Assembly: GCA_044222065.1 (NCBI GenBank) | Contig: JBGAOA010000038.1 | Coordinates: 1 to 45,102, forward strand | Length of the DNA: 45,102 bases | Direction: 5' to 3' | Source of the DNA: Candidatus Eiseniibacteriota bacterium | GTDB taxonomy: Bacteria; Eisenbacteria; RBG-16-71-46 | Shown: in pieces, positions 9,001 to 19,800 of the stretch | Position numbering within the stretch: the first letter of the stretch is position 1 | How the letters are laid out: each line of letters begins with the position of its first letter | Notes under the pieces: generated by a model | Seen by the model: only the letters and a program-made list of their open reading frames with translations | The model's database searches: none | What the model was told of the DNA's origin: nothing | Made by a program: the position numbers and the translations under genes

Positions 9001-9386
9001 CGTACTTCATCGCGCTGCGCGCGCGCGACGAGGCCGGCAACCGCGGCGCGTCGTCGGCGGTGCTCGCGGTCACGATGCCGTTCGGCGGCGCGCGTCCGTT
9101 CGACGGCGCGGGCGCCGGCGTGCGCGCGCTCGCCTCGCCCGGCACGGCGCCGTTCGAGCTGCGCTGGAAGGCCGCCGCGCGCGCCAGCGGGAGCGAGCAC
9201 GCGCTCTCGATCCTCGATGCGGCCGGCCGCCGCGTACGCCGCTTCGCGCTCGGCCGGAGCGACGCCGGCGCGCTCCAATGGGACGGCCGGGACGCGCACG
9301 GTGCGCGCGTCCCGGCCGGGCTCTACTTCGCGCGGCTCGACGGCGACGAGGGCGCCGCGCGCGCGCGCTTCGTGTTCCTGCGCTGA
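6054..9386 (+). CDS. Secreted S8 (subtilisin-like) serine peptidase with FG-GAP repeats, FN3 domain and FlgD-Ig/T9SS-type C-terminal domain (1110 aa)
   Basis: Signal peptide; catalytic triad VDTG / GHGTEVA / GTSLSAP; oxyanion AAGN. DLDGDG repeats with GWP/GFP motifs; FN3-like LVWTAPGGDG...GLASGVTYFIALRARDEAGN. C-terminal ILDAAGRRVRRF...WDGRDAHGARVPAGLYFARL. Confidence 0.9.
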   Translation: MRPLTRVGILLRFTALLCGAGVSATAAAAPEFRTDALEIELSPAAVASARASALAARRAGVEAAPRASLGIAALDRFARASGAAFEPVFAGEDPNDPEGARLSAWYRVRLPEGVPAGDALATLRATPEVAHASRIALLPVARVPNDSLWSVSTWFYQPSRADVHAPEAWDVTTGDSSVVVAIVDTGVLAWHPDLSGTLPSGPSLLWRNASEANGVAGVDDDGNGFVDDVTGWDFVSLATSAQAVAGEDWRDADADPNDFSGHGTEVASLVSALTDDGIGVAGTTWTTKLMALRIGWSAPSAPPGLVDMSYAASAIRYAARMGARVINCSFETLNQGGLLAAVDAATRAGALVVNAAGNSSPNIALAQREDVLAVGATDANDVVASFSNTGAYVDLCAPGVGLTAASVTHAGADSIGSRLASYATGSGTSLSAPIASGAAALLAARRIALGEPPLHPLDVIFRLRETADDVAAQNPGLTGYGTGRLNLERALLETHTSRVRRAGARTIGPAVVRARAAGGANLAFVTNNNRFLVLDGVTLDTLANAALPGRPARQLAAAAFGAGGVGYFTGTSNGRMLGLDDSGLPLAGWPYDAGDALLSFAAGPALGDLDGDGVLEIVCGASDGQLYAWTFDGQLVAGFPFSSGSASLAFPIALANLDGAPGDEIVTTASDGRVTVFGANGLALPGWPVTLTAPAPSTPPVVARLGSSPAILFGRGSEVRAYGADGSHRFTYASGVSLVQEPIAADLDGDGAREVACAGSTGATHRLATLDTLGNLRAGFPVTLAASVSGALLTGPLAAGAPRALGVMTAAGFAAYDGAGGALAGWPKPGLAGASATIAARDASGHAALIAGAGPDSLLYFYDAGPGSWAAVANAWATPRADFARTGSTLAPPPPLPPLDDAAPSAIADLRADSIGADGVALVWTAPGGDGALGSASGYELQLVTVRSDAGTFGNGVRTDLGAPALAGSAERFVVTGLASGVTYFIALRARDEAGNRGASSAVLAVTMPFGGARPFDGAGAGVRALASPGTAPFELRWKAAARASGSEHALSILDAAGRRVRRFALGRSDAGALQWDGRDAHGARVPAGLYFARLDGDEGAARARFVFLR

Positions 9387-9390
9387 CCGC

Positions 9391-9840
9391 TCAGTGGCGG
9401 ATCGGCCGCTCGTCGGTGCCGGGCTCGGTGCTCGCGCCGCTCGCCGGGTTCACGTGCACTTCGGCCGCCGCCGTCTTCGCGCTGCGGTTGCCGGACGCGT
9501 CCACGGCGCACACCTTGTAGTACTGGGTCGTCGCTTCGGTGACGTCCGGGATCGTCCAGCTCGAGCCGCGCGTGACGTCGGCGACTCTTACGTAGGCGTT
9601 GTCGTTGCCCGGAACGGGCGAATACAGGTACACCTCGTAGCCCGCGACGTCGGCTTCGGAGTTCGGCGTCCAGGCCAGCACCACTTCGCTCGTCACGGCG
9701 AGCGACGAGTGGAGGCCGACGGGCGTCGAGGGCGGCGTGGTGTCGAGCACGGCGTCGACCGCGGTGGGACCGCCGTCGGAGCCGCAGCCGGCGAGCACGA
9801 GCACGAACGCGAGAGCGGAAAGCGAACGGAAGAGCTTCAC
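9391..9840 (-). CDS. Lipoprotein with a fibronectin type III domain
   Basis: GTG start with GGAAGGAGG RBS. Lipobox VLAG-C. DTTPPSTPVGL...LAWTPNSEADVAGYEVY...YYKVCAVDASGNRS is an FN3 pattern. Confidence 0.8.
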   Translation of the reverse strand: MKLFRSLSALAFVLVLAGCGSDGGPTAVDAVLDTTPPSTPVGLHSSLAVTSEVVLAWTPNSEADVAGYEVYLYSPVPGNDNAYVRVADVTRGSSWTIPDVTEATTQYYKVCAVDASGNRSAKTAAAEVHVNPASGASTEPGTDERPIRH

Positions 9841-10064
9841 GGGGAGATCCTCCTTCCCTAGAGACTTCTCCCGAGGGCGCGGCGAGAGATCGCGACGCGG
9901 GAGCGACCGGTGGAGCGGCCGACGGGCTGCAACCCGGGTGCCATCACCCCGAACGGGCGAGGGAGTGCGCGATGCTGCAAGGACGTGGCGAGCTGGAGCG
10001 GAAGTCGTTCGTGGGGACGCGCGATCGCGCGGATTGCGCGCTGCACGATCGCGGGCGGCCGCCC

Positions 10065-11978
10065 GTGCGGAATGTGCGCCCCGGCGCCTTCCGGCACGCG
10101 CGCTTCGCGGCGCTCGCGCTCGCTGCGGCGTTCGCGTGCGGGTCCGACGCGAATTCGCCGGCGCGCGCGCAGGGTCCGACGCCGCCGTCGTCGTCGCCGT
10201 CGTGGGCCGCGCGATTCGAGCAGCCGCCGCTCGCGATCCCGCTCGTGCTGACGGGTTCGTTCGGCGAACACCGCAACAGCCACCTGCACGCGGGCGTGGA
10301 CCTCGGCACGAACGGCGTCGTCGGCGTCCCGGTGCTCGCGTGCCTCGACGGGCACATCGTGCGCGTGCGCGCGTCGGGCGCGGGCTACGGGCGGTCGCTC
10401 TACCTGCAGGCGGACGACGGCCGGCTGCTCGTCTACGGTCACCTCGACGCGTTCGACGAGCCGCTCGCGAGCTACGTCGCGAAGCAGCAGGACTCGACGG
10501 GCAAGTACGAGCAGGACCTGTGGCCCGAGGGGAAGCGCTTCCGGGTGCGGCGCGGGCAGCGGCTCGGCTGGAGCGGACGCAGCGGCACCGGGAGTCCGCA
10601 CCTCCACTTCGAGATCCGTCACGGCGACATGGCGCTCAATCCGCTGCTCGCGGGGCTCGCCGCCGCCGATCCGTTCGCGCCCGAACTGCGCGCCGTGACG
10701 CTCGAGCCGCTCGATGCGCGCAGCTTCGTCGCGCGCGGCCAGCGGCCTCTCACGCTCGCGTTCGGGGCCGCCCCCGACACGGTCGTGCTCGAGGGCCGCG
10801 CGCGCGTCACGCTCGAAGCGGTGGATCCCGGCGACCGGCGCTCGAACATGGCGCCGTACGCGCTCGGCGCCGGCTGGCGCGAGGCGTGGTTCGAGACGCG
10901 CTTCGACAGCGTGTCGTGGGCGACCGACCTGCCGCTCCTCGACTTCTGCTACGACCGCGGCCGCGCGGCGCCGTTCGCGAAGACGACGGTGCAGCTGTGG
11001 GCGCCGAAGGGCGCGCGCACGCGCGTCGCCGCGACGAACGTGCCGGACTCGCTCGACGCGCTCGTCGTGAGCGCCGCGCCCGGCGATCCCGCGCGCCCGC
11101 TGCGGATGTGGGCGCGCGACGTCACGGGGAAGGAGGGCACGCGCATCGTGTGGGTGCGGGGCCCGAGGGCGGGCGAGGCGGGCGGCGCCGCGCGCGATTC
11201 GCTCGCGCGCGTCACGACGCTCGAGCCGCTCCCGGGCGGCGCGCTGCGCTGCCGCACGGCGCCGGGAGCGGTCCTCGTGGCGTCCGGGTCGCCCGGTGGC
11301 GCGCCCGAGCGGCGCGTGCTCGAGTCGGGGTTCGATCCGTCGCGCGTCGGGCCCGGGCGCGTCGCCGGGTTCGCGAGCTGGGAGTGCGATCCGAATGCGC
11401 CGTTCGAGAGCGCGCTGTGGGCCGCGCGCCGCGAGACGCTCGAGGCGAAGCTGCCCGCGGAACTCGCGCGGCTGTCGGATGCGCTCGCGCTCCTGCCGCG
11501 AAGGCTGCCGCTGCGCACGCCGGTGACGCTGCGCTTCGAAGGCGGCGGCGTGCCGGACTCGCTCCCCGCCGCGGGGCTCTATCGCGACGGGGACGAGGGC
11601 TGGGAGTGGCTCGGCGGGCGCGCGGAGGGAGGCGCATTCGTCGCGACGACGCGGCGGCTCGGACGCTTCGCGCTGCTGCTCGACCGCGAGGCGCCGCGCA
11701 TCGTGCGCGTCGGCGCGCCGCGGACGCGTACGAAGGGCGCGTACTCGACGTGGGCGCTCGGCGCGTCGCTCGCCGAGGACGGCAGCGGCGTGGACGCGGG
11801 ACGCACGGCGTTCCAGGTGGACGGCGTGCGCGTGCCGTCCGAGTGGGACGGCGTGCGTGGCGAGCTGCGCTGGCGACCGCTCGCGCCGCCCGCGAAGGGC
11901 ACGCATCGCTGGACGCTCGTCGCGTGCGATCGCGCGGGCAACGAACGGCGGTCGAGCGGAACCTTTGTGCTAGATTGA
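10065..11978 (+). CDS. M23 family metallopeptidase (probable lipoprotein) with a long C-terminal extension
   Basis: M23 motifs HLHAGVD (HxxxD), YGHL and PHLHFE (HxH). Lipobox-like AAAFA-C. Start uncertain (ATG 9972, GTG 10065 or GTG 10074). Confidence 0.85.
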   Translation: MRNVRPGAFRHARFAALALAAAFACGSDANSPARAQGPTPPSSSPSWAARFEQPPLAIPLVLTGSFGEHRNSHLHAGVDLGTNGVVGVPVLACLDGHIVRVRASGAGYGRSLYLQADDGRLLVYGHLDAFDEPLASYVAKQQDSTGKYEQDLWPEGKRFRVRRGQRLGWSGRSGTGSPHLHFEIRHGDMALNPLLAGLAAADPFAPELRAVTLEPLDARSFVARGQRPLTLAFGAAPDTVVLEGRARVTLEAVDPGDRRSNMAPYALGAGWREAWFETRFDSVSWATDLPLLDFCYDRGRAAPFAKTTVQLWAPKGARTRVAATNVPDSLDALVVSAAPGDPARPLRMWARDVTGKEGTRIVWVRGPRAGEAGGAARDSLARVTTLEPLPGGALRCRTAPGAVLVASGSPGGAPERRVLESGFDPSRVGPGRVAGFASWECDPNAPFESALWAARRETLEAKLPAELARLSDALALLPRRLPLRTPVTLRFEGGGVPDSLPAAGLYRDGDEGWEWLGGRAEGGAFVATTRRLGRFALLLDREAPRIVRVGAPRTRTKGAYSTWALGASLAEDGSGVDAGRTAFQVDGVRVPSEWDGVRGELRWRPLAPPAKGTHRWTLVACDRAGNERRSSGTFVLD

Positions 11979-12057
11979 CCTCGCGTCGTTCGAGACGTGC
12001 CACCGGTGGACGAGGCCCGCGCGCCTCGTCGTGGTTCGTCGCGCGCGCAGGATGCGC

Positions 12058-15000
12058 ATGAACCACTCCGACTACGTCCATCTCCACAACCACAGCGATT
12101 ATTCGCTGCTCGACGGCGCCAGCCCGATCCCGGGCATGGTCGCGCGCGCGGCCGAGCTCAAGATGCCGGCGCTCGCGCTCACCGACCACGGCTGCCTGTT
12201 CGGCGCGATCGAGTTCTACGAGGCCGCGCGCAAGGCGGGCGTGAAGCCGATCGTGGGCATGGAGGCCTACGTCACGCGCGGCAAGCGGCAGGACCGCACG
12301 CGCGACACCGCCCACCACCTCGTGCTGCTCGCGCGCGACGAACGCGGATTCCGCAACCTGTGCCGGCTGTCGTCGCTCGCGTTCCTCGAGGGCTTCTACT
12401 ACAAGCCGCGCGTGGACCACGAGATCCTCGCGCGCTACTCCGAGGGGCTGCTCGCGCTGTCCGCCTGCCCGAAGGGCGAGATCGCGACGGACCTCGTCAA
12501 CGACGACGAGGACGGCGCGCTCCGCACCGCGACGATGTACCGCGACCTGTTCGGCGCGGACAATTACTTCCTCGAGATCCAGAACCACGGCCTCGCGATC
12601 GAGGACAAGATCCGCGAGCGCGTGATCGCGCTGTCGAAGCGCACCGGGATCCCTCTCGTCGCGACGAACGACTGCCACTACCTGAAGCACGAGGATCACG
12701 ACGCGCACGACGTGCTGTTGTGCATCCAGACGGGCAAGAACGTCGACGATCCGCAGCGCATGCGCTACGAGACCGATCAGGTCTACTTCAAGTCCGCCGA
12801 CGAGATGAAGCGGCTGTTCGACGCGACGCCGGACGCGATCCGCAACACGCTCGCGATCGCGGAGCGCTGCAACCTGCAGCTCGCGTTCGGCAAGCCGCTC
12901 CTGCCCGAATTCCCGCTGCCGGCGGGCGAGTCGAGCGCCGACGACTACCTGCGCCGCCTGGCGTGGAGCGAGCTCGAGAAGCGCATGCGCGGCGGCGTGT
13001 CGGAATCGGTGCGCGAGCGCTTCGAGTACGAGCTCGACGTCATCTGCAAGATGGGCTTCGCGTCGTACTTCCTGATCGTGCGCGACTTCATCCACTACGC
13101 GAAGTCGCGCGGCATCGGCGTCGGCCCCGGCCGCGGCTCGGTCGCGGGCTCGCTCGTCGCCTTCGCGCTGCGCATCACCGAAGTGAATCCGCTCGACCAC
13201 GGGCTGATCTTCGAGCGCTTCCTGAATCCCGAACGCGTGACGATGCCCGACATCGACATCGACTTCGACGACCTCCGGCGCGGCGAGGTCATCGAGTACG
13301 TGAAGGAGAAGTACGGCGAGGCGAACGTGACGCAGATCATCACGTTCGGAACGATGGGCGCGAAAGGCGTCGTGCGCGACGTCGGCCGCGCGCTCGGCCT
13401 GCCGTTCGGCGACGTCGACAAGATCGCGCGGCTCGTGCCGGACGGCCTCGGCATGACGCTCGACAAGGCGCTCGAGCTGTCGCCCGACCTGAAGGGCCTG
13501 CCGTCGCGCGGCCCCGTCTACGAGCGCCTGCTGCGCTCGGCTCAGACGCTCGAGGGCCTCGCGCGCCACGCGTCCACGCACGCGGCCGGCGTGCTCATTA
13601 CGCCGGGAGCGCTGCTCGACTACGTGCCGCTCTACCGCCAGAAGGACGAGTCGGTCACGACGCAGTGGGACATGAAGTCGGTCGAGAAGGTCGGGCTGCT
13701 CAAGATGGACTTCCTCGGCCTGCGCACGCTGTCGGTGCTCGACGAGGCCGTGAAGCTCGTCGAGAAGCACCGCGGCGTGACGATCGACCTGCTCGAGCTC
13801 GGCCTCGGCGACGAGGCGGCCTACCGCGTGTTCCAGGACGGCGACACGGTCGCGATCTTCCAGTTCGAGTCGTCGGGCATGCGCGACTACCTGAAGAAGC
13901 TCAAGCCGACGGTGTTCGAGGACCTGGTCGCGATGAACGCGCTCTACCGGCCGGGCCCTATGGAGAACATCCCGTACTTCATCGACTGCAAGCACGGCCG
14001 CCAGGTCGCGCGCTTCGACCACGCGGACCTCGAGCCGATCCTCAAGGGCACGTACGGGATCTTCGTCTACCAGGAGCAGGTCATGGCGGCCGCGAACGCG
14101 CTCGCCGGCTTCTCGATGGCGCAGGCGGACGAACTGCGGCGCGCGATGGGGAAGAAGAAGCCCGAGGAAATGGAAGCGAAGCGCGTGCAGTTCGTCGAAG
14201 GCTGCCGCAAGAAGAAGATCGCCGAGGTGAAGGCGACGAAGATCTTCGCGACCATGGAGAAGTTCGCGGGCTATGGTTTCAACAAAAGCCATTCGGCCGC
14301 CTACGCGCTGCTCGCCTACCAGTCGGCGTACCTGAAGGCGCACTACCCGGCCGAGTTCATGGCCGCGACGATGACGAGTGAAATGTCGGACAGCGCGCGC
14401 ATCACGACGCTCATCGAGGAGTGCCGCCGCCTGAAGCTCGAACTGCTGCCGCCGGACGTGAACGCCTCCGAGTGGAAGTTCACGATCGAGGGCGGCCGCG
14501 TGCGCTTCGGGCTCGGGGCGGTGCGCAACGTCGGCCAGAGCGCCGTCGAGTCGCTCGTCGCCTCGCGCGCCGAAGCCGGCGCGTTCGGCGACCTGTTCGA
14601 CCTCGCGTGCCGGCTCGACACGGGCCGCGTCAACCGCCGCGTGCTCGAGAGCCTCGTCGCCGCGGGCGCGACGGAATCGTTCGGCGGCGAACGCGGCGCG
14701 CAGTTCGCGGCGGCGGGCACGATGCTCGAGCGGGCGGCCGCGCTCCAGAAGGAGCGCTCGAGTTCGCAGTCGTCGCTGTTCGGCGCGGACACCGAGGTGA
14801 CGGTCGCGGTCGTCGCGCCGCCGCTGCCGCAGACGCCGCCCTGGACCCCGCGCGAGCGCAGCAGCCGCGAGAAGGAAGTGCTCGGCTTCTACTTCTCGGA
14901 CCATCCGCTCGCGCCGATGCGCGCGCAGATCGAGAAGATCGCGACGCACGCGATCGGCGATGCGCTCGAGCTCGAGCACGGCGCCGAGGTGCGGCTCGTC

Positions 15001-15489
15001 GCGGTCGTGGGGGAGACGAAGACGTTCGTGACGAAACAGGGCCGCAAGATGGCCTCGGTCGTGCTCGAGGACCTGAGCGGCCGCATCGAGTGCACGCTGT
15101 TCCCGGACGCCTACGAAGCCTCGCTCGCCCTGCTGCAGGGCGACGCGATCGTGATCGCGAACGGGCGCGTCGAGAGCGGCGACCGGGGCACGCGCGTGCT
15201 GCTCTCGGAACTGCTGCCGTTCGAGCAGGCGCAGTCGCAGTACCGGCCGTGCCTGCACCTCGAGATCCGCTCCGAGGACCTGTCGGTCGCGTGGCTGGAA
15301 GCGGTGGACGAGGTATTGTCCGCGCACCCGGGGGACCTCGAGGTCTTCCTGCACATCGTGATGCCGGACCGTTCCCGCAAGGCGAGCCGCTCGCGCCGCT
15401 ACCGCGTCGCGGACGACGAGCGCGTGACGGCGACGCTCAAGGAGCGCTTCCCGTTCGTGCGCGTCGGCTGGGGCAAGGGGGTCTCATGA
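12058..15489 (+). CDS. dnaE: DNA polymerase III alpha subunit
   Basis: PHP domain [25 protein letters not shown]; catalytic [34 protein letters not shown] fold. No intein. Confidence 0.98.
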   Translation: MNHSDYVHLHNHSDYSLLDGASPIPGMVARAAELKMPALALTDHGCLFGAIEFYEAARKAGVKPIVGMEAYVTRGKRQDRTRDTAHHLVLLARDERGFRNLCRLSSLAFLEGFYYKPRVDHEILARYSEGLLALSACPKGEIATDLVNDDEDGALRTATMYRDLFGADNYFLEIQNHGLAIEDKIRERVIALSKRTGIPLVATNDCHYLKHEDHDAHDVLLCIQTGKNVDDPQRMRYETDQVYFKSADEMKRLFDATPDAIRNTLAIAERCNLQLAFGKPLLPEFPLPAGESSADDYLRRLAWSELEKRMRGGVSESVRERFEYELDVICKMGFASYFLIVRDFIHYAKSRGIGVGPGRGSVAGSLVAFALRITEVNPLDHGLIFERFLNPERVTMPDIDIDFDDLRRGEVIEYVKEKYGEANVTQIITFGTMGAKGVVRDVGRALGLPFGDVDKIARLVPDGLGMTLDKALELSPDLKGLPSRGPVYERLLRSAQTLEGLARHASTHAAGVLITPGALLDYVPLYRQKDESVTTQWDMKSVEKVGLLKMDFLGLRTLSVLDEAVKLVEKHRGVTIDLLELGLGDEAAYRVFQDGDTVAIFQFESSGMRDYLKKLKPTVFEDLVAMNALYRPGPMENIPYFIDCKHGRQVARFDHADLEPILKGTYGIFVYQEQVMAAANALAGFSMAQADELRRAMGKKKPEEMEAKRVQFVEGCRKKKIAEVKATKIFATMEKFAGYGFNKSHSAAYALLAYQSAYLKAHYPAEFMAATMTSEMSDSARITTLIEECRRLKLELLPPDVNASEWKFTIEGGRVRFGLGAVRNVGQSAVESLVASRAEAGAFGDLFDLACRLDTGRVNRRVLESLVAAGATESFGGERGAQFAAAGTMLERAAALQKERSSSQSSLFGADTEVTVAVVAPPLPQTPPWTPRERSSREKEVLGFYFSDHPLAPMRAQIEKIATHAIGDALELEHGAEVRLVAVVGETKTFVTKQGRKMASVVLEDLSGRIECTLFPDAYEASLALLQGDAIVIANGRVESGDRGTRVLLSELLPFEQAQSQYRPCLHLEIRSEDLSVAWLEAVDEVLSAHPGDLEVFLHIVMPDRSRKASRSRRYRVADDERVTATLKERFPFVRVGWGKGVS

Positions 15490-16448
15490 CGACCTGGCTG
15501 GATTTCGAGAAACCGGTCATCGAGCTCGAGCAAAAGATCGCCGAGCTGCGCGCGAGCGCGGCCGAACGCGGGCTCGAGGCCGACAGCGAGCTCGACGACC
15601 TCGAGAAGAAGGCCGAGGACCTGCGGCGCGAGGTGTACGCGAACCTCACGCCGTTCCAGCGCGTGCAGCTCGCGAAGCACCCGCGGCGTCCGTACACGCT
15701 CGACTACGTGGACCTCGCGTTCGACGAGTTCACCGAGCTGCACGGCGATCGCCATTTCGCCGACGACCCCGCGATCGTCGGCGGGCTCGCGAAGCTCGGC
15801 GGCCGGCCGGTCATGCTGATCGGACACCAGAAGGGGCGCGACACGCGCGAGAACCTGCTCCGCCGCTTCGGCATGGCGAACCCCGAGGGCTATCGCAAGG
15901 CGCTCCGGCTCATGCTGCTCGCCGAGCGCTTCCGCGTCCCGATCGTGACGCTCGTGGACACGCCGGGCGCCTACCCGGGGCTCGGCGGCGAGGAGCGCGG
16001 ACAGGCGGAAGCGATCGCCGTGAACCTGCGCGAAATGGCGAAGCTCGAGGTGCCGATCGTCACCGTCGTCATCGGCGAGGGCGGATCGGGCGGGGCGCTC
16101 GGCATCGCGGTGTCGGACGTCGTCCTGATGTTCGAGAATTCGGTGTACTCGGTGATCTCGCCGGAAGGCTGCGCGGCGATCCTGTGGCGCGACGCGAAGA
16201 AAGCGCCGCAGGCGGCCGAGGCCCTGCGGCTCACCGCGCCGGACCTGCTCAAGCTCGAGATCGTGGACGGCGTGCTGCCCGAACCCGTCGGCGGCGCGCA
16301 TCGCGACCACGAGACGGCGGCGCGCACGTTGCGATCGGAAGTTTCGCGGCACCTGGACCGCATGTCCGGGGTAACCGGAGCGGAACTCGTGCGGGGTCGG
16401 CTCGCGCGCTTCCGTCGCATGGGCGTCTTTCGCGAGTCCGAGTCTTGA
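15486..16448 (+). CDS. accA: Acetyl-CoA carboxylase carboxyltransferase alpha subunit
   Basis: ATGA overlap with the dnaE stop. [66 protein letters not shown]. The dnaE-accA adjacency is widely conserved. Confidence 0.98.
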   Translation: MTTWLDFEKPVIELEQKIAELRASAAERGLEADSELDDLEKKAEDLRREVYANLTPFQRVQLAKHPRRPYTLDYVDLAFDEFTELHGDRHFADDPAIVGGLAKLGGRPVMLIGHQKGRDTRENLLRRFGMANPEGYRKALRLMLLAERFRVPIVTLVDTPGAYPGLGGEERGQAEAIAVNLREMAKLEVPIVTVVIGEGGSGGALGIAVSDVVLMFENSVYSVISPEGCAAILWRDAKKAPQAAEALRLTAPDLLKLEIVDGVLPEPVGGAHRDHETAARTLRSEVSRHLDRMSGVTGAELVRGRLARFRRMGVFRESES

Positions 16449-16474
16449 CCCTCGAAAAACGGGGTTGCTAGACT
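16445..16474 (+). promoter_or_regulatory. Putative sigma70-type promoter for the Trm112-porU-porV region
   Basis: TTGACC-N18-TAGACT with an extended -10 TG (TGCTAGACT), overlapping the accA stop. Confidence 0.5.
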
Positions 16475-16612
16475 CGCGCCCGTTCTCCGCCACTCCCGCA
16501 CCGCGAGGATCACTCGACGCCTCTGGCTACGAACGATGCACCGCGCACCGGCCCGCCGAGCCGGCGACCGGAAACGCGACGCCTCACGAATCGACGAAGC
16601 TCGAGGTAACGA

Positions 16613-16780
16613 ATGGCCCTGAGTCCCGATCTGCTCTCGATCCTCGTGTGCCCCGCCTGCAAGGGCGATCTCGCCTACGACGCCGCGGCCCAGACGCTGA
16701 CGTGCAACGCCTGCCGCCTCCGCTACAAGGTCGTGGACGACATCCCGGTCATGCTGGTCGAGGAGGCGGAGAAGTTCTGA
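16613..16780 (+). CDS. Trm112/YcaR family small zinc-ribbon protein (55 aa)
   Basis: Absent from the ORF track. [55 protein letters not shown], with a GAGGT RBS; classic LL.ILVCP.CKG.L...C..C...Y.V.D.IPVML signature. Confidence 0.92.
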   Translation: MALSPDLLSILVCPACKGDLAYDAAAQTLTCNACRLRYKVVDDIPVMLVEEAEKF

Positions 16781-16803
16781 ACCCTCCCACCCCGCGAGTG
16801 CGC

Positions 16804-19800
16804 ATGCTCCGACTCCTCCGTCGCACGACGCTCGTGGCCGCCGTTTCAGCGCTCGCGCCGCTGTTCGCACGCGGCGCGGCGGCCGACGACGTGACGCTGC
16901 TGCCGGGCGGCGCGGGGCGCGTGCGCTTCGCGATCCAGTCCGGCGCGCTCGCGCTGACGCCGGTCGGCGCCGACGGGCTCGTCCAGCCGAACGTTCCGGG
17001 CTGCATGCTCGACGGCGCCGCGGGCGGTCCCGCGCTGCCGATGCGAACGGTCACGATCGCGGTGCCGCCCGAGGGCGACGTGAGCGTCACCGCGACCGCG
17101 CTCGATCCCGAGTCGCGCGACGGCGTGGACGTCGCCCCGACCGCGGCGCACGCGCCGCAGCTGCCGGGCGGCTTCGCGTTCCCGCGCCGCGCGGACCTGT
17201 TCCGGGGCGCGCCACCGGCCGCGCCGCGCGCGACGATCGTCGGCGTGTCGTGGCTGCGCAATCAGCGCATCGCCCAGATCGCGGTGCGCGTCGCGGACTG
17301 GGATCCGGCCTCGAGGCGGCTCACGAAGTGGAACCGCATCGAGGTGGACGTCGAGGTGTCGGGACGCGCCGCCACCGCATTCGCCTCTTCACCGGCGGAA
17401 CTCGCGGATCCCTTCGAAACGATCTACCGCGAGTCGCTGCTCAACTACGAGCAGGGGCGGAGCTGGCGGCGCAGCGCGGCCTCGCTCGCCGGCGCCCGCG
17501 CGTCGCGCGCATCGTCGGGCGGCGCCCGGACGCTCGCGCTGCCGCCCGATTCCAGCGTGTTCGCGGGCCGGACGTGGATCAAGCTCGCGATCTCGCAGGC
17601 GGGCTTCTACCGCGTGAACTTCGGGCAGATCCGGAATCTGTCGCTGTTCGGCGGCGACACGACCGTCGCGATCGACAGCCTGAGGCTGTTCACGATGCCC
17701 GGCGTGCCGGTGCTTCCCGAGCACAACTACTGCGACACGTGCGACTACCGCGAGGTCGCCTTCCGGGTGAAGGACAACGGCGACGGGAAGCTCAATCGCA
17801 ACACGGACGAGATCGAGTTCTACGCACTCGGCGTCAACGACTGGGCGAACGTGTTCGATCCCGACCAGCCGGACACGCTCTACATCAACGATCCGTACGA
17901 GACGAAGAACTACTACTACCTCACCGTGAGCACGGCGCAATCGCCGGTGCGCGGACCGTTCCGGCGCGTGCCCGCGGTGGCCGCGACCGTGGATTCGAGC
18001 GGCGCCGAGATCTCGCCGGTGACGTTCGTGGAGCGGCAGCACTACGAGCAGGACGTCGAGTACCTGCCAGACCTGTCGCCGAAGGTGGACACGCGCTTCA
18101 CGATGCCGTGGCAGAAGTTCTTCTGGAGGAGCATCGGGACGGGCCAGCAGCTCACGGTGCCGCTGAACACGCCGGGGATGGACGTCACGCAGCCGACGAG
18201 CGTCCGAGCGCACGTGTGGGGCGTCGGGATCGTGGACGCGTGCGAGCCGGACCTCTACCACCGCCTCACCGTGAACGTGAGCGGGAACCTGCACGCGGAC
18301 TCGCTGCTCGTGCAGCCGTTCGCGCTCGAGGCGCCGGATCCGTTCCTCGACTTCACGGACGTGCTGCCCGCGACGGGCAATTCGGTGCAGATCCTGGTCA
18401 ACTCGGATCCAGCCTGCACGCCGCGCGTCGACCGCGTGGCGATCGCGTGGGTCGAGGTCCGCTACCCGCGGCGATTCGAGCCGGTGACGAACGAACTGAC
18501 CTTCGAGTCGCCCGCCGCGGGCGGCAACTACATCTACCACCTGGGTCCGTTCGCCTCCTCCACGCCGCCGCAGATCTTCGACGTCACGCGCCCCGACTCG
18601 GTCGTCGAACTGCTCGCGCCGGGCGAGTACCGCCAGGACGCGTCCGGCGACTGGTACCTGCGCTTCGAGACGAACGAGTCCGGACGCCGCCGCTATCGCG
18701 TCCTGCAGAGCGCCGGGATCGCGACGCTGCCCGACGCGCAGATCGGCGAGGCCGCAGCGACGAGCCTTTCGAACCTGCGGAGCACGTCGCGCTCCGCGCA
18801 GTACCTGCTGCTCTACTACGACGGCTTCCAGCAGGCGGCCGAGGAGCTGCGGCTCCTGCGCACGCGGCGGCTGCCGCTCGACGGCGCGAGCGCGCCTTTC
18901 GACGCGCAGAAGATCCCGATCTCGGCCGTGTTCGACCAGTTCTCGGGCGGGCGCGTGGATCCGCTCGCGATCCGGAACTTCCTGCGCTCCGTGTTCTACA
19001 ACTGGCGCGCGAACGGCGCGCCGCCCGCGTTCGTGACGCTGCTCGGCGACGCCTCCTACGACTTCAAGAACATCCTCGGTCGCGCGCCGTCCGGACAGCC
19101 CGGCGCCCCGATGCCGAGCTTCGAGGACGGCTGGTCCATCAATCGCGCGTTCGCGACCGACGACGTGCTCCTGAACGTGGACAATCCGGACGTGATCGTG
19201 CCCGACTTCTTCGGCGGCCGGATCCCGGTGTCGAGCGCGACGAGCGCGCTCGAGTACGTGCGCAACAAGGTGGTGCGCTACGAAGAGGCCGCGCCGCTCG
19301 GCGCGTACCGCAACCGCGTGATGCTGATCGCCGACGACAACCTGCAAGGCGCGGCCGAAGACGGCCTGCACTGGGCGCACGTCGGGCAGACGTCCGAGAT
19401 CGACACGACGCGCGTGCCGCGGGAACTCGATCGCGACTACGTCTACCTGCACAAGTACCCGACCGAAGCGGGCTTCACGAAGCCGACCGCCAAGGCCGCG
19501 ATCAAGGCGAACGTGAATCGCGGCGTGGCGGCGTTCAACTTCATCGGGCACGGGAGCCCGTTCCAGCTCGCGGACGAACGCGTGCTGCTGGACGTGGACG
19601 CCGGCACGTTCGAGAACGACGACCGGCTGCCGCTGTTCGTCGCGGCCTCGTGCGACGTCGGCAAGTTCAACGACCCCGTCGTGCCGAGCCTCGGGGAGCG
19701 CACGCTGCTCGCCGCGAGCGGCGGCGCCGTCGCCGTGATCTCGGCGACGGAACTCGCGTTCAGCACGTACAACGTGGATCTCGCGACCCAGTTCTACCGC

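Noticed and set aside
11212..15354. Very long antisense and alternate-frame ORFs (e.g. 11212..15354-, 17389..21225-, 5700..9299-, 22111..25632-)
   Set aside because: They are Arg/Ala-rich shadows of real genes, caused by the scarcity of stop codons at high GC, and carry no family motifs.
12058..15489. Intein or split in dnaE
   Set aside because: The length is normal (1143 aa), the motifs are continuous, and there are no intein splice motifs.
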